From a virus, in the IMG/VR virus record IMGVR_UViG_3300047160_010630, positions 1 through 64,000 of that record: a stretch of DNA of 64,000 bases; one strand, written 5' to 3'. The notes below the pieces were generated by a model. That model was given only the letters and a program-made list of their open reading frames with translations. It was not told the origin of the DNA and searched no databases. The translations under genes were made by a program, and so were the position numbers. The first letter of the stretch is position 1. Each line of letters opens with the position of its first letter. Of this stretch, positions 16,603 to 25,857 are shown one piece after another.

Positions 16603-17313
16603 ATGACCAGCGTTTTCGCCAGCAGGATGCACCTCGCGTGGCCGCACCGCTTCGAGGGCACCCTGCACGTGCGCAACATCGCCGGTGGCACCCCCTCGGA
16701 CCCGAAGGTTGCCGAGGGCTGGCTGCGGACCAAGCTCACCGACAACCGGGACGACCTGATCCGCGAGAAGGTCGCCGAGGTCATGGTGGAGCGCGGCATC
16801 TCCGTGGAGGAGGCCGCCACCGAAGTCGACCTCCTCAAGCACCTCAACGGCTTCAAGAAGGACGACACCGGCCTCCTCCTGGACGGTCGCTGCCTCATGG
16901 CGGGTATCAAGGAGGGCGCCAACATCGCCCGCGCCTCCGGCAAGCTCAAGGACCGCTGGGGCCTCACCAAGAAGGGCGTGCTGGGCTTCGTCGCCGAGCA
17001 CATCGTCGTCGTGGAGGAAGTCCTCCATCTCTACGTCCCGGAGGAGGACGGCACCAAGCGCTACCTCACCACGCCGGACACCGTGGTCACCTCGTTCCCG
17101 AAGAACCCCCGGACCAACCAGACCGGGATCCAGCACACCGAGGTCGTCCTGGACGCCTTCCTGGACTTCACCGTCCTGACCGACTGGGAGTTCACGGACG
17201 ACGAGTGGGCTATGCTCTGGCTGACCGCCGAGCAGCAGGGTGTCGGTGCCAGTCGGTCCCAGAGCTACGGCCGGTACGAGGTCACCCGCTGGGACAAGGT
17301 GAAGACCGCCTGA
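16603..17313 (+). CDS. stand-alone Cas7/RAMP-like (RRM fold) protein
   Basis: FEGTLHVRNIAGG first strand, LLLDGRCLMAGIKE (cf. IPGSSLKG), TEVV..FLDFTV, C-terminal G-rich loop GVGASRSQSYGRYEV. Confidence 0.8.
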   Translation: MTSVFASRMHLAWPHRFEGTLHVRNIAGGTPSDPKVAEGWLRTKLTDNRDDLIREKVAEVMVERGISVEEAATEVDLLKHLNGFKKDDTGLLLDGRCLMAGIKEGANIARASGKLKDRWGLTKKGVLGFVAEHIVVVEEVLHLYVPEEDGTKRYLTTPDTVVTSFPKNPRTNQTGIQHTEVVLDAFLDFTVLTDWEFTDDEWAMLWLTAEQQGVGASRSQSYGRYEVTRWDKVKTA

Positions 17314-17375
17314 TCTGGCGCAGGAGGCCCGGTCTGAGGTACACTAGGTAGAGGCAACCAGGAAGGAGGAAAGAA

Positions 17376-17552
17376 ATGGTCTTCATCAAGCTCGCTGCCC
17401 GCAAGGCGTGCGCCATCATGTTCGTCTTCGCGCTGGTGTACGCGATGTTCAACCTGGGGTCCAACGTCCCCTGCGGCATCCTCATGGTCTCCATGGCCGC
17501 CCTCTACCTGATGATCGGCAATCCCCGGAAGAGCTCCGGCAAGAAGCGCTGA
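17376..17552 (+). CDS. 58-aa 2-TM membrane protein, paralog 1
   Basis: RBS GGAGGA; ends IGNPRKSSGKKR. Confidence 0.75.
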   Translation: MVFIKLAARKACAIMFVFALVYAMFNLGSNVPCGILMVSMAALYLMIGNPRKSSGKKR

Positions 17553-17593
17553 TCCAGCGAACACCCCCCTCAGGAACCAGGAAAGAAGGAAAC

Positions 17594-17770
17594 ATGGTCT
17601 TCCTCAAGACTGTCGCCCGCACCGTGTTCATCGCCCTGTTCTTCCTCGCGCTGGCGAACGACTTCGCCCACCCGAGGAACTACATCGCCTGGGGCATCAT
17701 CATGACCGTGTCCGGGTTCTTCTACCTGGCGATCGGCAATCCCCGGAAGGGTTCCGGCAAGAAGCGCTGA
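17594..17770 (+). CDS. 58-aa 2-TM membrane protein, paralog 2
   Basis: Ends IGNPRKGSGKKR. Confidence 0.75.
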   Translation: MVFLKTVARTVFIALFFLALANDFAHPRNYIAWGIIMTVSGFFYLAIGNPRKGSGKKR

Positions 17771-17785
17771 TCCGCTACACTGGCG

Positions 17786-17822
17786 AAGCCCGCTCAGTAA
17801 TCCCCCTACTGAGCGGGCTTTT
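17786..17822 (+). terminator. intrinsic terminator
   Basis: AAGCCCGCTCAGTA...TACTGAGCGGGCTT-TT. Confidence 0.8.
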
Positions 17823-17951
17823 CCACGTACGCTGGGAGGTACCGGCAGACCTCTTGCCGATCTTGATCGGTTATCCTGGAATTCCTGGGCAATAGCACAC
17901 TGTACAGCAGGGGAGAACCGCCACCAGAAGCATCGGAGAGGACGCCGCGTA

Positions 17952-19160
17952 GTGAGTGCGACCACCCAGCCCGTTTCCCGCACGTCCGGACCTGTCCCCC
18001 CGACGCTCAACCTGCGCACCCTCCTGATGATCCGCGCGCTCCTCCTGGCCCGGGTCCTGTGGCTGCCCGCCGCTGCCTACGGGCTCAGCGCCGTCACCCA
18101 TATCGGCCTCCTATGGCTCATGCTGAAGCCCGGCCGGTACTGGGGCCCCGGAGTGGCCGACAACCTGACGGCCTGGGACGGCCGCCTCCTCCTCCAGATC
18201 GCCCAGCACGGCTACCCGGACAGCTTCACCTACACACCGGACGGCAAGCTGACCGGCAACAACCTGTCCTTCATGCCGCTCTACCCGGCGCTGGTGTCGT
18301 TCGTCCACGACGTGACCGGCCTCGGGTTCGCCTGGAGCGGACTGGTGGTGTCCCACCTGTCCTTCGTCGCCCTGCTGGCCGTGGTCAACAGCCTCTTCGG
18401 CCTGATGTACGGGCGCCGCATGGCTGCCGTCGCCACGGTCCTCGTGGCCTGCGCCCAGCCCATGGGCCTGGTCTTCCTCATGAGCTACACGGAGTCGCTC
18501 TTCACCGCGCTGGCGCTGGGGACCTTGCTGGCGGTGTTCCGGCGCCGCTGGATCCTGTCCGGCGTCCTGGCCTCCCTGGCCGGGCTGACGCGCCCGACCG
18601 GCGTGGCCGTCACTGTGGCGCTGGCGGCCGGGGTCCTGTCCTACTTGGTGTGGCGGCGCCGGGTGGCCGTGCGCCCGCTGGTCGGCCTCGCGCTCGGCTG
18701 CGTGGGGCTGCCGTCCTACCTGGCCTGGGTGGGGCTGCGCGTGGGCCCGCTGAACGCCTGGTTCACGATCCAGGAGGCCGGGTGGGGGACGCACTGGGAC
18801 AACGGCCACGGCGTGTACCGCCTGCTCCGCGACGCCTTCACGCAGTCCGACGGCTGGGTGATGATCAGCACCGCCGTCCTGATCACCGTGATCTTCACGC
18901 TCACGCTGGGGGCCTGGCGCAGCACGTGGATGCCGCTGGCAGTGTACGGCGTCATGGTGGTCGTCATGACGTTCGGGCAGAGCAACTACTACCACTGCAA
19001 GCTGCGGCTGCTGCTGCCGGTGGTCGTCCTCGTCGTCCCGGTCTCGCTCGCCCTGGCGAAAGCCCGCCGGACGACGGTGGTGACCTGCATCGTGCTGGGG
19101 ACGCTTTTCAGCTCCTGGTACGGGGCCTACATGCTGACCGTCTGGCAGTACACGATCTGA
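17952..19160 (+). CDS. GT-C mannosyltransferase-like membrane protein (PIG-V/Mannosyl_trans2-like)
   Basis: WDG..LQIAQHGY, FMPLYP, SYTESLF, LTRPTG; many TM helices. Confidence 0.85.
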   Translation: MSATTQPVSRTSGPVPPTLNLRTLLMIRALLLARVLWLPAAAYGLSAVTHIGLLWLMLKPGRYWGPGVADNLTAWDGRLLLQIAQHGYPDSFTYTPDGKLTGNNLSFMPLYPALVSFVHDVTGLGFAWSGLVVSHLSFVALLAVVNSLFGLMYGRRMAAVATVLVACAQPMGLVFLMSYTESLFTALALGTLLAVFRRRWILSGVLASLAGLTRPTGVAVTVALAAGVLSYLVWRRRVAVRPLVGLALGCVGLPSYLAWVGLRVGPLNAWFTIQEAGWGTHWDNGHGVYRLLRDAFTQSDGWVMISTAVLITVIFTLTLGAWRSTWMPLAVYGVMVVVMTFGQSNYYHCKLRLLLPVVVLVVPVSLALAKARRTTVVTCIVLGTLFSSWYGAYMLTVWQYTI

Positions 19161-19200
19161 GAAGTTTGTACACCGTAATATTCGGTGTTATAGTGCCCGC

Positions 19201-19851
19201 ATGGGAGATCACCACGAACCTGGGACTGTACGGCACAGCCTGGTGCAGACGGTCTACCGTTCCTGGGTCTTGAACGAACTCCTGGAGGACGAGGTCCACG
19301 AACCCGCCAGCCGGACATCCGGCGGCGGGTTGCGGCACGTCGCCGGAGGGTCCAAGCCGCCGTGGAACTCCCAGGCCGCCCACCTCGTCATGGACCTCCA
19401 TGCGAAGGCCAGGGACTTCGAGGCGTCGCTGAACTACCAGGTCTGCGGACGCTACCCGGTCCGTGGGGTGTCCAGCCGCAGCACGTGGCTGGCCCTGTAC
19501 CACCTGACCGACCTCATGGAGGCCGTGGCCGACCGCGAGGTCACCGTCGTCCTGGTCGGCCTGCGGGGCTGGACCGGACAGGCCGAGGTCGTCCTGGGCC
19601 AGGCCGAGCCCGTCCGGCGCCTGCCCCGGGAGTTCGGCCAGGCCGAGCAGGTGTGTATGTGGTGCGGCTACAAGACCCTGCGGTGCTACAGCGCCACCGG
19701 GTCGGTCTTCTGTGTCAATCCGGAATGCTTCGACGCCGACGGCGAGAAACCGAAGGCGACGATCCACGTCGATGAGGCCGGTGGCCTCACCCTTCTCTGG
19801 CAGGACGGCGCGCACCGCATTCCCGTCCCCATCAGAGAGGAGGCCGCGTGA
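19201..19851 (+). CDS. hypothetical Zn-finger protein
   Basis: GSKPPWN, CMWC...CVNPEC. Confidence 0.75.
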   Translation: MGDHHEPGTVRHSLVQTVYRSWVLNELLEDEVHEPASRTSGGGLRHVAGGSKPPWNSQAAHLVMDLHAKARDFEASLNYQVCGRYPVRGVSSRSTWLALYHLTDLMEAVADREVTVVLVGLRGWTGQAEVVLGQAEPVRRLPREFGQAEQVCMWCGYKTLRCYSATGSVFCVNPECFDADGEKPKATIHVDEAGGLTLLWQDGAHRIPVPIREEAA

Positions 19852-20114
19852 ACAGCCGAGGCTGGACCTCACGGGGCCTGAAAACCGTGGGGGATGACCC
19901 GAAATTGTGGACGGTGGCCCAAGCGGCCTGCCTCCTCGGGCCCCCCAACCTGTCCGTACGCGAAGTGCGGAATCTGGTCCACATCTTCAATATCGAGCCG
20001 GTCGGAAAACGCCGCGTCACCGCCGAGGGACAGAGCGGCCGACACGCTCGGGTGTACGAGGCCGGTGAATTCATCCGGGCCTACGACGCAATCCAGAGAA
20101 CGGCTGACCTATGA
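19848..20114 (+). CDS. putative HTH DNA-binding protein
   Basis: LWTVAQAA.., GRHARVY. Confidence 0.65.
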   Translation: MNSRGWTSRGLKTVGDDPKLWTVAQAACLLGPPNLSVREVRNLVHIFNIEPVGKRRVTAEGQSGRHARVYEAGEFIRAYDAIQRTADL

Positions 20115-20392
20115 TCCCTTGCATCGGACGGATCGTCCACTACCAGAGCCACGGATCGGCAGACGGAACGTACGCGTCCGAGTGCCGGGCCGCTGTCATT
20201 ACGGCCCTGTGCGACCTCGAAGAGGGCCTGCGCCAGGAGTTCGGGGAGCACTGCCTGTCCCTGGCCGTGCTGAATCCGGAGGGGATGTTCTTCAAGCAGT
20301 GCGTCCCCCTGGACGAGACCAACAAGTTCGGCGGTTCGTGGCACTGGCCCGAGCGCCTTGAGACAGGAGAAGACTATGGCCGCCCTTGCTGA
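20111..20392 (+). CDS. hypothetical protein
   Basis: GRIVHY...RAAVIT...WHWPER pattern. Confidence 0.8.
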   Translation: MIPCIGRIVHYQSHGSADGTYASECRAAVITALCDLEEGLRQEFGEHCLSLAVLNPEGMFFKQCVPLDETNKFGGSWHWPERLETGEDYGRPC

Positions 20393-20720
20393 GAAGCTCC
20401 ACTCGTTCTTCACCCGCCTGCGCGGCGGTGTCGACGTCGCCGCCCACGACGTGGAGGAGGTGGTCGCGGAGGTGACCACCCACCTCAACGAGACCATCCT
20501 CCCGGCGATCGAGAACACGCTCACCGAGATCCTCCCGGCCGCCGTGCAGAAGGCGATCGCCGACGCCCTGTCGGCCGAGCGGGGCGAGGCCGCGCGCATC
20601 GCCGCCAAGCTGGAGGAGGTCTACAAGAAGATCGTGGAGGAGCACGGCGCCGACACCGCGAACACGGCCATGGCGCAGGCCATGGCCCCCGAGGCCCCTG
20701 CCGAGGCTCCGGCGGTCTGA
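20376..20720 (+). CDS. hypothetical protein
   Basis: RBS AGGAG, ATG at 20376. Confidence 0.8.
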   Translation: MAALAEKLHSFFTRLRGGVDVAAHDVEEVVAEVTTHLNETILPAIENTLTEILPAAVQKAIADALSAERGEAARIAAKLEEVYKKIVEEHGADTANTAMAQAMAPEAPAEAPAV

Positions 20721-20728
20721 TCTTCCTG

Positions 20729-20764
20729 AGAAACCGCCCCCGATCTGTTCGGGGGCGGTTTTTC
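20729..20764 (+). terminator. intrinsic terminator
   Basis: AAAACCGCCCCCGA-TCTGT-TCGGGGGCGGTTTTT. Confidence 0.85.
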
Positions 20765-20880
20765 GTGTCCGGACGGTGGTTGATCTACGATCATTGCTGT
20801 GTATAATGCTGACGAGGGGTGTAGTGCGTCTACATCCCTTTTTCGTTTTCGTACGCACTGACACCGAGGTGGTGGTTCCC

Positions 20881-21405
20881 GTGGCAGAGAACAGCGGAGG
20901 AGACGCCTACCTTCTCCCCCTCCCCCGGCCGGGTATCTCGTTCACCTACCGGTCCAAGGACCGCGACGCCGAGGCCGCCCGCCTCAAGGCGCAGGGAATG
21001 ACGCTCAAGGAGATCGCCACCCGCCTGCACATGGACGGGGACGAGCACCGCGCCGCCGCCTCCATCAAGCGGGCGCTGGGCACCATGGCACGCTTCGCCA
21101 GCGACGAGATCCGGCTCATGGAGCTGCGCAGCCTGGACGAGCTGGAATGGGTGGCCTGGAAGACCCTCCAGAGCAGCCACGTGGTGATCTCCCAGGGCAA
21201 GATCGTCCGCGACGAGGACGGCTCGCCGCTGGACGACGACCGGTTCGTCCTCGAAGTGGTGGACCGGATCCTCAAGATCAAGGAGCGCCGGGCCAAGCTG
21301 TGGGGCCTGGACGCGCCGACCCGTTCCGAGGTCGTGACGATCGACTCGATCGAGTCCGAGATCACCAAGCTGGAGCAGGAGCTGGCCGCCAGCCGCCGAA
21401 GCTAG
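20881..21405 (+). CDS. terminase small subunit (putative)
   Basis: HTH, RRAKLWGLDAP motif, directly upstream of TerL. Confidence 0.75.
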   Translation: MAENSGGDAYLLPLPRPGISFTYRSKDRDAEAARLKAQGMTLKEIATRLHMDGDEHRAAASIKRALGTMARFASDEIRLMELRSLDELEWVAWKTLQSSHVVISQGKIVRDEDGSPLDDDRFVLEVVDRILKIKERRAKLWGLDAPTRSEVVTIDSIESEITKLEQELAASRRS

Positions 21406-21414
21406 GAGACGTCG

Positions 21415-23070
21415 ATGGAACTGGAGAACCGGGGATTCTACGAAGTCCAGAATTCCCTGTCCGAGCAGAAGCTGGAAAAGCTCCGGCGCCTCAAGGAACT
21501 CCAGGACGAGCTGAGCAAGCTGAGCACCGGGGCGTCCTCCTACTACGACGATCCGGTGGGGTTCGCCCGGGACTGTGTCCATTGGGGGGAGCGCCAGCTG
21601 GCCCCCTACCAGGCCGACGTGATGACGCTGCTCCAGAAGGACCGCCGCGTGGCCGTCCGGGCCCCGCGCGGTACCGGCAAGAGCACGACGGCCGCCCTGA
21701 CGGTCCTGTGGTTCGCGGTCACGCGCGACGCGTCCATGGTGGACTGGAAGGTGGTCACAACCGCTGGCTCATGGAGTCAGTTGTGCAACTACCTCTGGCC
21801 GGAGATCAAGAAGTGGGCCGGAAAGCTCAAGTGGGACCTGGTCCGCGACGGAAAACCGTTCAGCCAGCTCGAACTCCAGAATCTCAGCCTGCGCCTTCGC
21901 TACGGCTCGGCATTCGCCGCAGCCTCCTCCAACCCCCATCTCATCGAAGGTGCGCACGCCGACAGCCTCTTGGTGCTGTTCGACGAGTCCAAGGCCATTC
22001 CGGCCGAGACGTTCGATGCGATCGAAGGTGCCTTCACCGGAACCGGTGAGGTCTTCACCCTGGCGGTCTCCACCCCTGGAGCGCCCCAAGGCCGTTTCTA
22101 CGACATGCACAGCGACCGGGTGAAGTTCCGGGACTGGACGGCCAAGCACATCACCCTGGACGAGACGCTGGCTATCGGCCAGATCTCCCAGAGCTGGGTG
22201 GAGCAGCGCCGGATCCAGTGGGGCGAGCAGAGTGCCCTTTACCAGAACCACGTGCTCGGCGAGTTCTACGCCGGTGAAGAGGACAGCATCATTCCGCTGT
22301 CCTGGGTGGAGGCCGCCGTCGAGCGGTGGCAGGAATGGGATGCCAATGGGCGGCCGGATCCGGGAAAGCCGCACACGGTCGGGGTCGACGTGGCCCGCAG
22401 CGGTACCGACAAAACCGTGCTGGCACTGCGGCAGGGAAATGTCCTCACCGAGCTTCGGGCGTTCTCCGTGGCGGACACCATGGTCACCACCGGCCGGGTG
22501 AAGGCCGTCCTGGACGCCGACGAGAACTGCACGGCCATCGTGGACGTCATCGGCATCGGCGCCGGTGTCCTGGACCGCCTGCGGGAGCAGAACTGCAAGG
22601 TCCAGGCGTTCAACGCCGCTGCCCGCAGCAACAAGCGCGACAAGACCAATGAGATCGGGTTCCTGAACACCCGGGCCGCCGCCTGGTGGAGCTTGCGCGA
22701 ACTTCTCGATCCGTCTGCCGGTTCGGACATCTGCCTGCCGCCGAACGACGACATGCTGGGGGACCTCACCGCCTTGAAGATGGGCGAGCTGATGTCCGGC
22801 GGTAAGATGAAGCTGGAGTCCAAGGATTCCCTGCGGAAGCGGATCGGCCGGTCCACCGACCACGGCGATGCCGTCGTCCAGGCTTTCTGGTCGCAGCACG
22901 GAAACTGGCACGAGGCCTACGGAACCGCCCACTGCAACGCCTGCGGGCGGGGCTTCCTTATCGTGGCGGATGGTGTGCGAAGGACGTCGTGCCCGTTCTG
23001 CCGGTCCGCACTGTCGGACGAATTCGATGCGGTCGAAGAGGAGTTGAGCGATGCCGCTGCCGGATCCTGA
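21415..23070 (+). CDS. terminase large subunit
   Basis: APRGTGKS, LFDES, STP, GVDVARSGTD, STDHGDA. Confidence 0.95.
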   Translation: MELENRGFYEVQNSLSEQKLEKLRRLKELQDELSKLSTGASSYYDDPVGFARDCVHWGERQLAPYQADVMTLLQKDRRVAVRAPRGTGKSTTAALTVLWFAVTRDASMVDWKVVTTAGSWSQLCNYLWPEIKKWAGKLKWDLVRDGKPFSQLELQNLSLRLRYGSAFAAASSNPHLIEGAHADSLLVLFDESKAIPAETFDAIEGAFTGTGEVFTLAVSTPGAPQGRFYDMHSDRVKFRDWTAKHITLDETLAIGQISQSWVEQRRIQWGEQSALYQNHVLGEFYAGEEDSIIPLSWVEAAVERWQEWDANGRPDPGKPHTVGVDVARSGTDKTVLALRQGNVLTELRAFSVADTMVTTGRVKAVLDADENCTAIVDVIGIGAGVLDRLREQNCKVQAFNAAARSNKRDKTNEIGFLNTRAAAWWSLRELLDPSAGSDICLPPNDDMLGDLTALKMGELMSGGKMKLESKDSLRKRIGRSTDHGDAVVQAFWSQHGNWHEAYGTAHCNACGRGFLIVADGVRRTSCPFCRSALSDEFDAVEEELSDAAAGS

Positions 23071-23455
23071 GAATCTTCTCTTCGAGTGGACCAGCCATTT
23101 CCGGCACTTCGGGTTCGACGGCGCTCGGAGCGAGTCCCTGGCCCGGCAGGTCAGGGATTTCATCTTCGCCAACGAACCGTTGATGCTGCCGCGCGAGCTG
23201 TCCCCCGAGGAGAAGGCGGACGCCCGCGACATCTTCGAGGGCAAGGTCAAGGACCGGCAGGCGTGCCTGCACTGCGCCGGGCTCCACCCCCAGGTTGCTG
23301 GATTGGTCCCCGAGCAGCAGCCGTGCCCGAGGATCAAGCGGATCAAGCGGCACACGGACGCCACGACGATCCTGGATGTGGAGTACTGGCCGAACGGTGA
23401 GTGGGAATCCGACGTGGTGTTCCCCGGAGATGTCTACGAGGACAGCGATCAGTGA
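23051..23455 (+). CDS. hypothetical protein
   Basis: CLHCAGLH, CPRI. Confidence 0.75.
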   Translation: MPLPDPENLLFEWTSHFRHFGFDGARSESLARQVRDFIFANEPLMLPRELSPEEKADARDIFEGKVKDRQACLHCAGLHPQVAGLVPEQQPCPRIKRIKRHTDATTILDVEYWPNGEWESDVVFPGDVYEDSDQ

Positions 23456-23772
23456 TTTTCACGTGCGAGGCCGCCGGTAACGAGTTCCCCGTGATCACCT
23501 CCCTGGTCAACCCCGCCACCGGAACCGAGGTCGTGGTGGACCCGCCGTACCAGTGGCAGGACATGCGGGAACTCGGAGCATTCCTCACCCATTTCGAACG
23601 GTATTGCGTGTCCGGGTGGCGCCTTGGGGGATTCGACCCGACGTCGATATCCTCGCAGAACTGGCTCCCGAAGGTGACGCTGGACATCCCGGACGTGGCG
23701 GTCGAGCGGACGACCGATCAGGGCAGTACCGAGGTTGCGGTGCCCGGAAGTAAACAGCGCCGCGAAAAATAG
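23452..23772 (+). CDS. hypothetical protein
   Basis: GTGA overlap. Confidence 0.7.
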   Translation: MIFTCEAAGNEFPVITSLVNPATGTEVVVDPPYQWQDMRELGAFLTHFERYCVSGWRLGGFDPTSISSQNWLPKVTLDIPDVAVERTTDQGSTEVAVPGSKQRREK

Positions 23773-23866
23773 GGGTTGCGGGCGCCGTCCGACGTGGTAG
23801 TATGTATACGCGGCGAGAACTCAGTTCGTGCGCTGCACTCCGTAGAGGCATCACTCTGCGGCGGAC

Positions 23867-25411
23867 ATGCCGCCCGATACCGCACCCTGGAGCCATACGA
23901 CTTGGTATAGCGGCCTAGGAGCCCCGGACTACGACTTCGGTCATGACGGGGACTACTACGTAGACACAGAGGCGGTCACCCTCTACGGACCCAAGGCCAA
24001 CAGCGCCTGGGACGGTGGACGCCCCTTCCCCTCCTGGTCCGGCGCGCACGAGATGACGCGCGACCCCGGACCGGACGACGACGCGAACCACGGGCACATG
24101 TTTCACCACGTGTGGTGGAACACCGTCACCGACGAGTGGTTCGTCAACATGGGCGCCGACCCCGGCAATGCCGTCTGGGAGCGCGTCGAAGCCGATCCCC
24201 CACCGGGATTCCCCGCGCACCGTCACCGGCGACGCCACCACAGGCGCCACCACGCCGACGGTCGCCGCCACATGCCGCACCACAGCAGCCCGGTCGCCAT
24301 GCCGTACGCCGGAGACCCGGCAACACCCACTAAGGAGAATATGGAGTGCAACCAGTCTGCCCCGATCCTGCCCGTGGTCACCACGCTGCGGGATGAGACC
24401 TGGGGCGGCCGTGGCTGGGGCCGTGACGGCTGGTGCCGTGACGACCGTGGCTGGGGCTACGCGGAGAACTTCCTGTTCTCCGAGCGCGGTCAGCGCGACA
24501 CCGACCGCGAGGTCAACCGTTCGTTCGAGGGTCTGCGCCGCGACATTTTCACCGTCGGCGACCGCCTGGGCGACGGCCAGCGCGCCACCGACATGAATGT
24601 CGACACCAACGGCCGCTTCCTGACCCAGGAGGTCCAGGGCGTCGACCGGGACGTGCTGCTCGGCTTCCGCGCCGCGTCCAACGAGCAGGAGCAGATCGCC
24701 CGGTTCCTGGCCGCCCGCAACGAGCGCACCGAGGACAAGGTCGAGGCCACCCGGGACATCCTGGGCACCGCCATCGGCGCTGTTCGCGACCGCGTGACCG
24801 AGGTCCGGGGCGAGGTCCGCGAGGCCGCCCTGCGCAACGAGCTGGAGACCCTCAAGGCCAAGTGCGAACTCCAGCGGGACATCAGCGAGGACGGCCAGAA
24901 GACCCGCGCGCTGATCGACCGCCGGGAGGAGCGCCGCCTGGAGGACCGCATCCGGGAGCTGGAGCTGCTCGCCCTGCGCCACCGCGACGGCCGCGACCGG
25001 GACCGGGACGACCACCACCGCGAGCTGCGGGACATCGACCGCAACCAGAACCGCAACACCGTCGTGGTCAACGACAGCAACAGCAGCACCAACCGCAACG
25101 CCAACGAGAACCTCCAGTTCCAGCTGCTGCTGGAGGAGGCGCGTCGGCGTCGTCGGGATGACGACTGCTGCGGCGGTGGCGGCTGTGGCCACCACCACGG
25201 CGACCGGGTGATCTTCGCCCAGGCGCAGGCGCAGGACCAGCGCCAGGCGCAGGGCCAGGAGCAGTCGGACCGGATCAACATCAACATCCGGAACACCGCC
25301 GAGGAGGACCGCAACAGCCGCAACCGGAACCGTCGCGTCGTCTTCGTCGATGACGACGACGACCGCTTCACCAGCCGTGGCGGCGAGCGCGACCCGCGCA
25401 TGTCGGTGTGA
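23867..25411 (+). CDS. hypothetical protein with a probable internal in-frame start at 24341
   Basis: TAAGGAG RBS before ATG 24341; coiled-coil and R/D-rich C-terminus. Confidence 0.7.
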   Translation: MPPDTAPWSHTTWYSGLGAPDYDFGHDGDYYVDTEAVTLYGPKANSAWDGGRPFPSWSGAHEMTRDPGPDDDANHGHMFHHVWWNTVTDEWFVNMGADPGNAVWERVEADPPPGFPAHRHRRRHHRRHHADGRRHMPHHSSPVAMPYAGDPATPTKENMECNQSAPILPVVTTLRDETWGGRGWGRDGWCRDDRGWGYAENFLFSERGQRDTDREVNRSFEGLRRDIFTVGDRLGDGQRATDMNVDTNGRFLTQEVQGVDRDVLLGFRAASNEQEQIARFLAARNERTEDKVEATRDILGTAIGAVRDRVTEVRGEVREAALRNELETLKAKCELQRDISEDGQKTRALIDRREERRLEDRIRELELLALRHRDGRDRDRDDHHRELRDIDRNQNRNTVVVNDSNSSTNRNANENLQFQLLLEEARRRRRDDDCCGGGGCGHHHGDRVIFAQAQAQDQRQAQGQEQSDRININIRNTAEEDRNSRNRNRRVVFVDDDDDRFTSRGGERDPRMSV

Positions 25412-25785
25412 AGGCGCAGGCAGAGGAGAAGGAGAAGGAGGCGCCCACCGTGGCTCTCGTAGTTGATCTCGCCTTTGCGTCGACCGCTGACAGCACCGTC
25501 AGTGACGACACCTGGACCTCCCTCCTGGGCGGCCCCAAGACCATCACCGGCCTGGGCTTCAACGTCCAGATCCTTGGCTACGTCCTCAACCTGGACAGCA
25601 GCAATGTGGACATCCGCATCGTTGTTGACGGTACCGAGGTCGTCAAGGGATCGCCGGACGCGCCCCTGATGTACGTCATCAACCTGGGAATCGGCACGCA
25701 CACCGTCGACTTCCAGGCCAAGGCCCACGATGAGAACCCCACCGCCGGTCCTCGCGGTCTGACCGTGCTTGATCTCGGCGTCTGA
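25408..25785 (+). CDS. hypothetical beta-rich protein
   Basis: Codon bias. Confidence 0.7.
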   Translation: MKAQAEEKEKEAPTVALVVDLAFASTADSTVSDDTWTSLLGGPKTITGLGFNVQILGYVLNLDSSNVDIRIVVDGTEVVKGSPDAPLMYVINLGIGTHTVDFQAKAHDENPTAGPRGLTVLDLGV

Positions 25786-25857
25786 CAAACACACGACGGA
25801 GCACGGACTGCTGGTAGTCCGTGCTCCGTCGTTTTTATGGGACGAAAGGGATGAACT

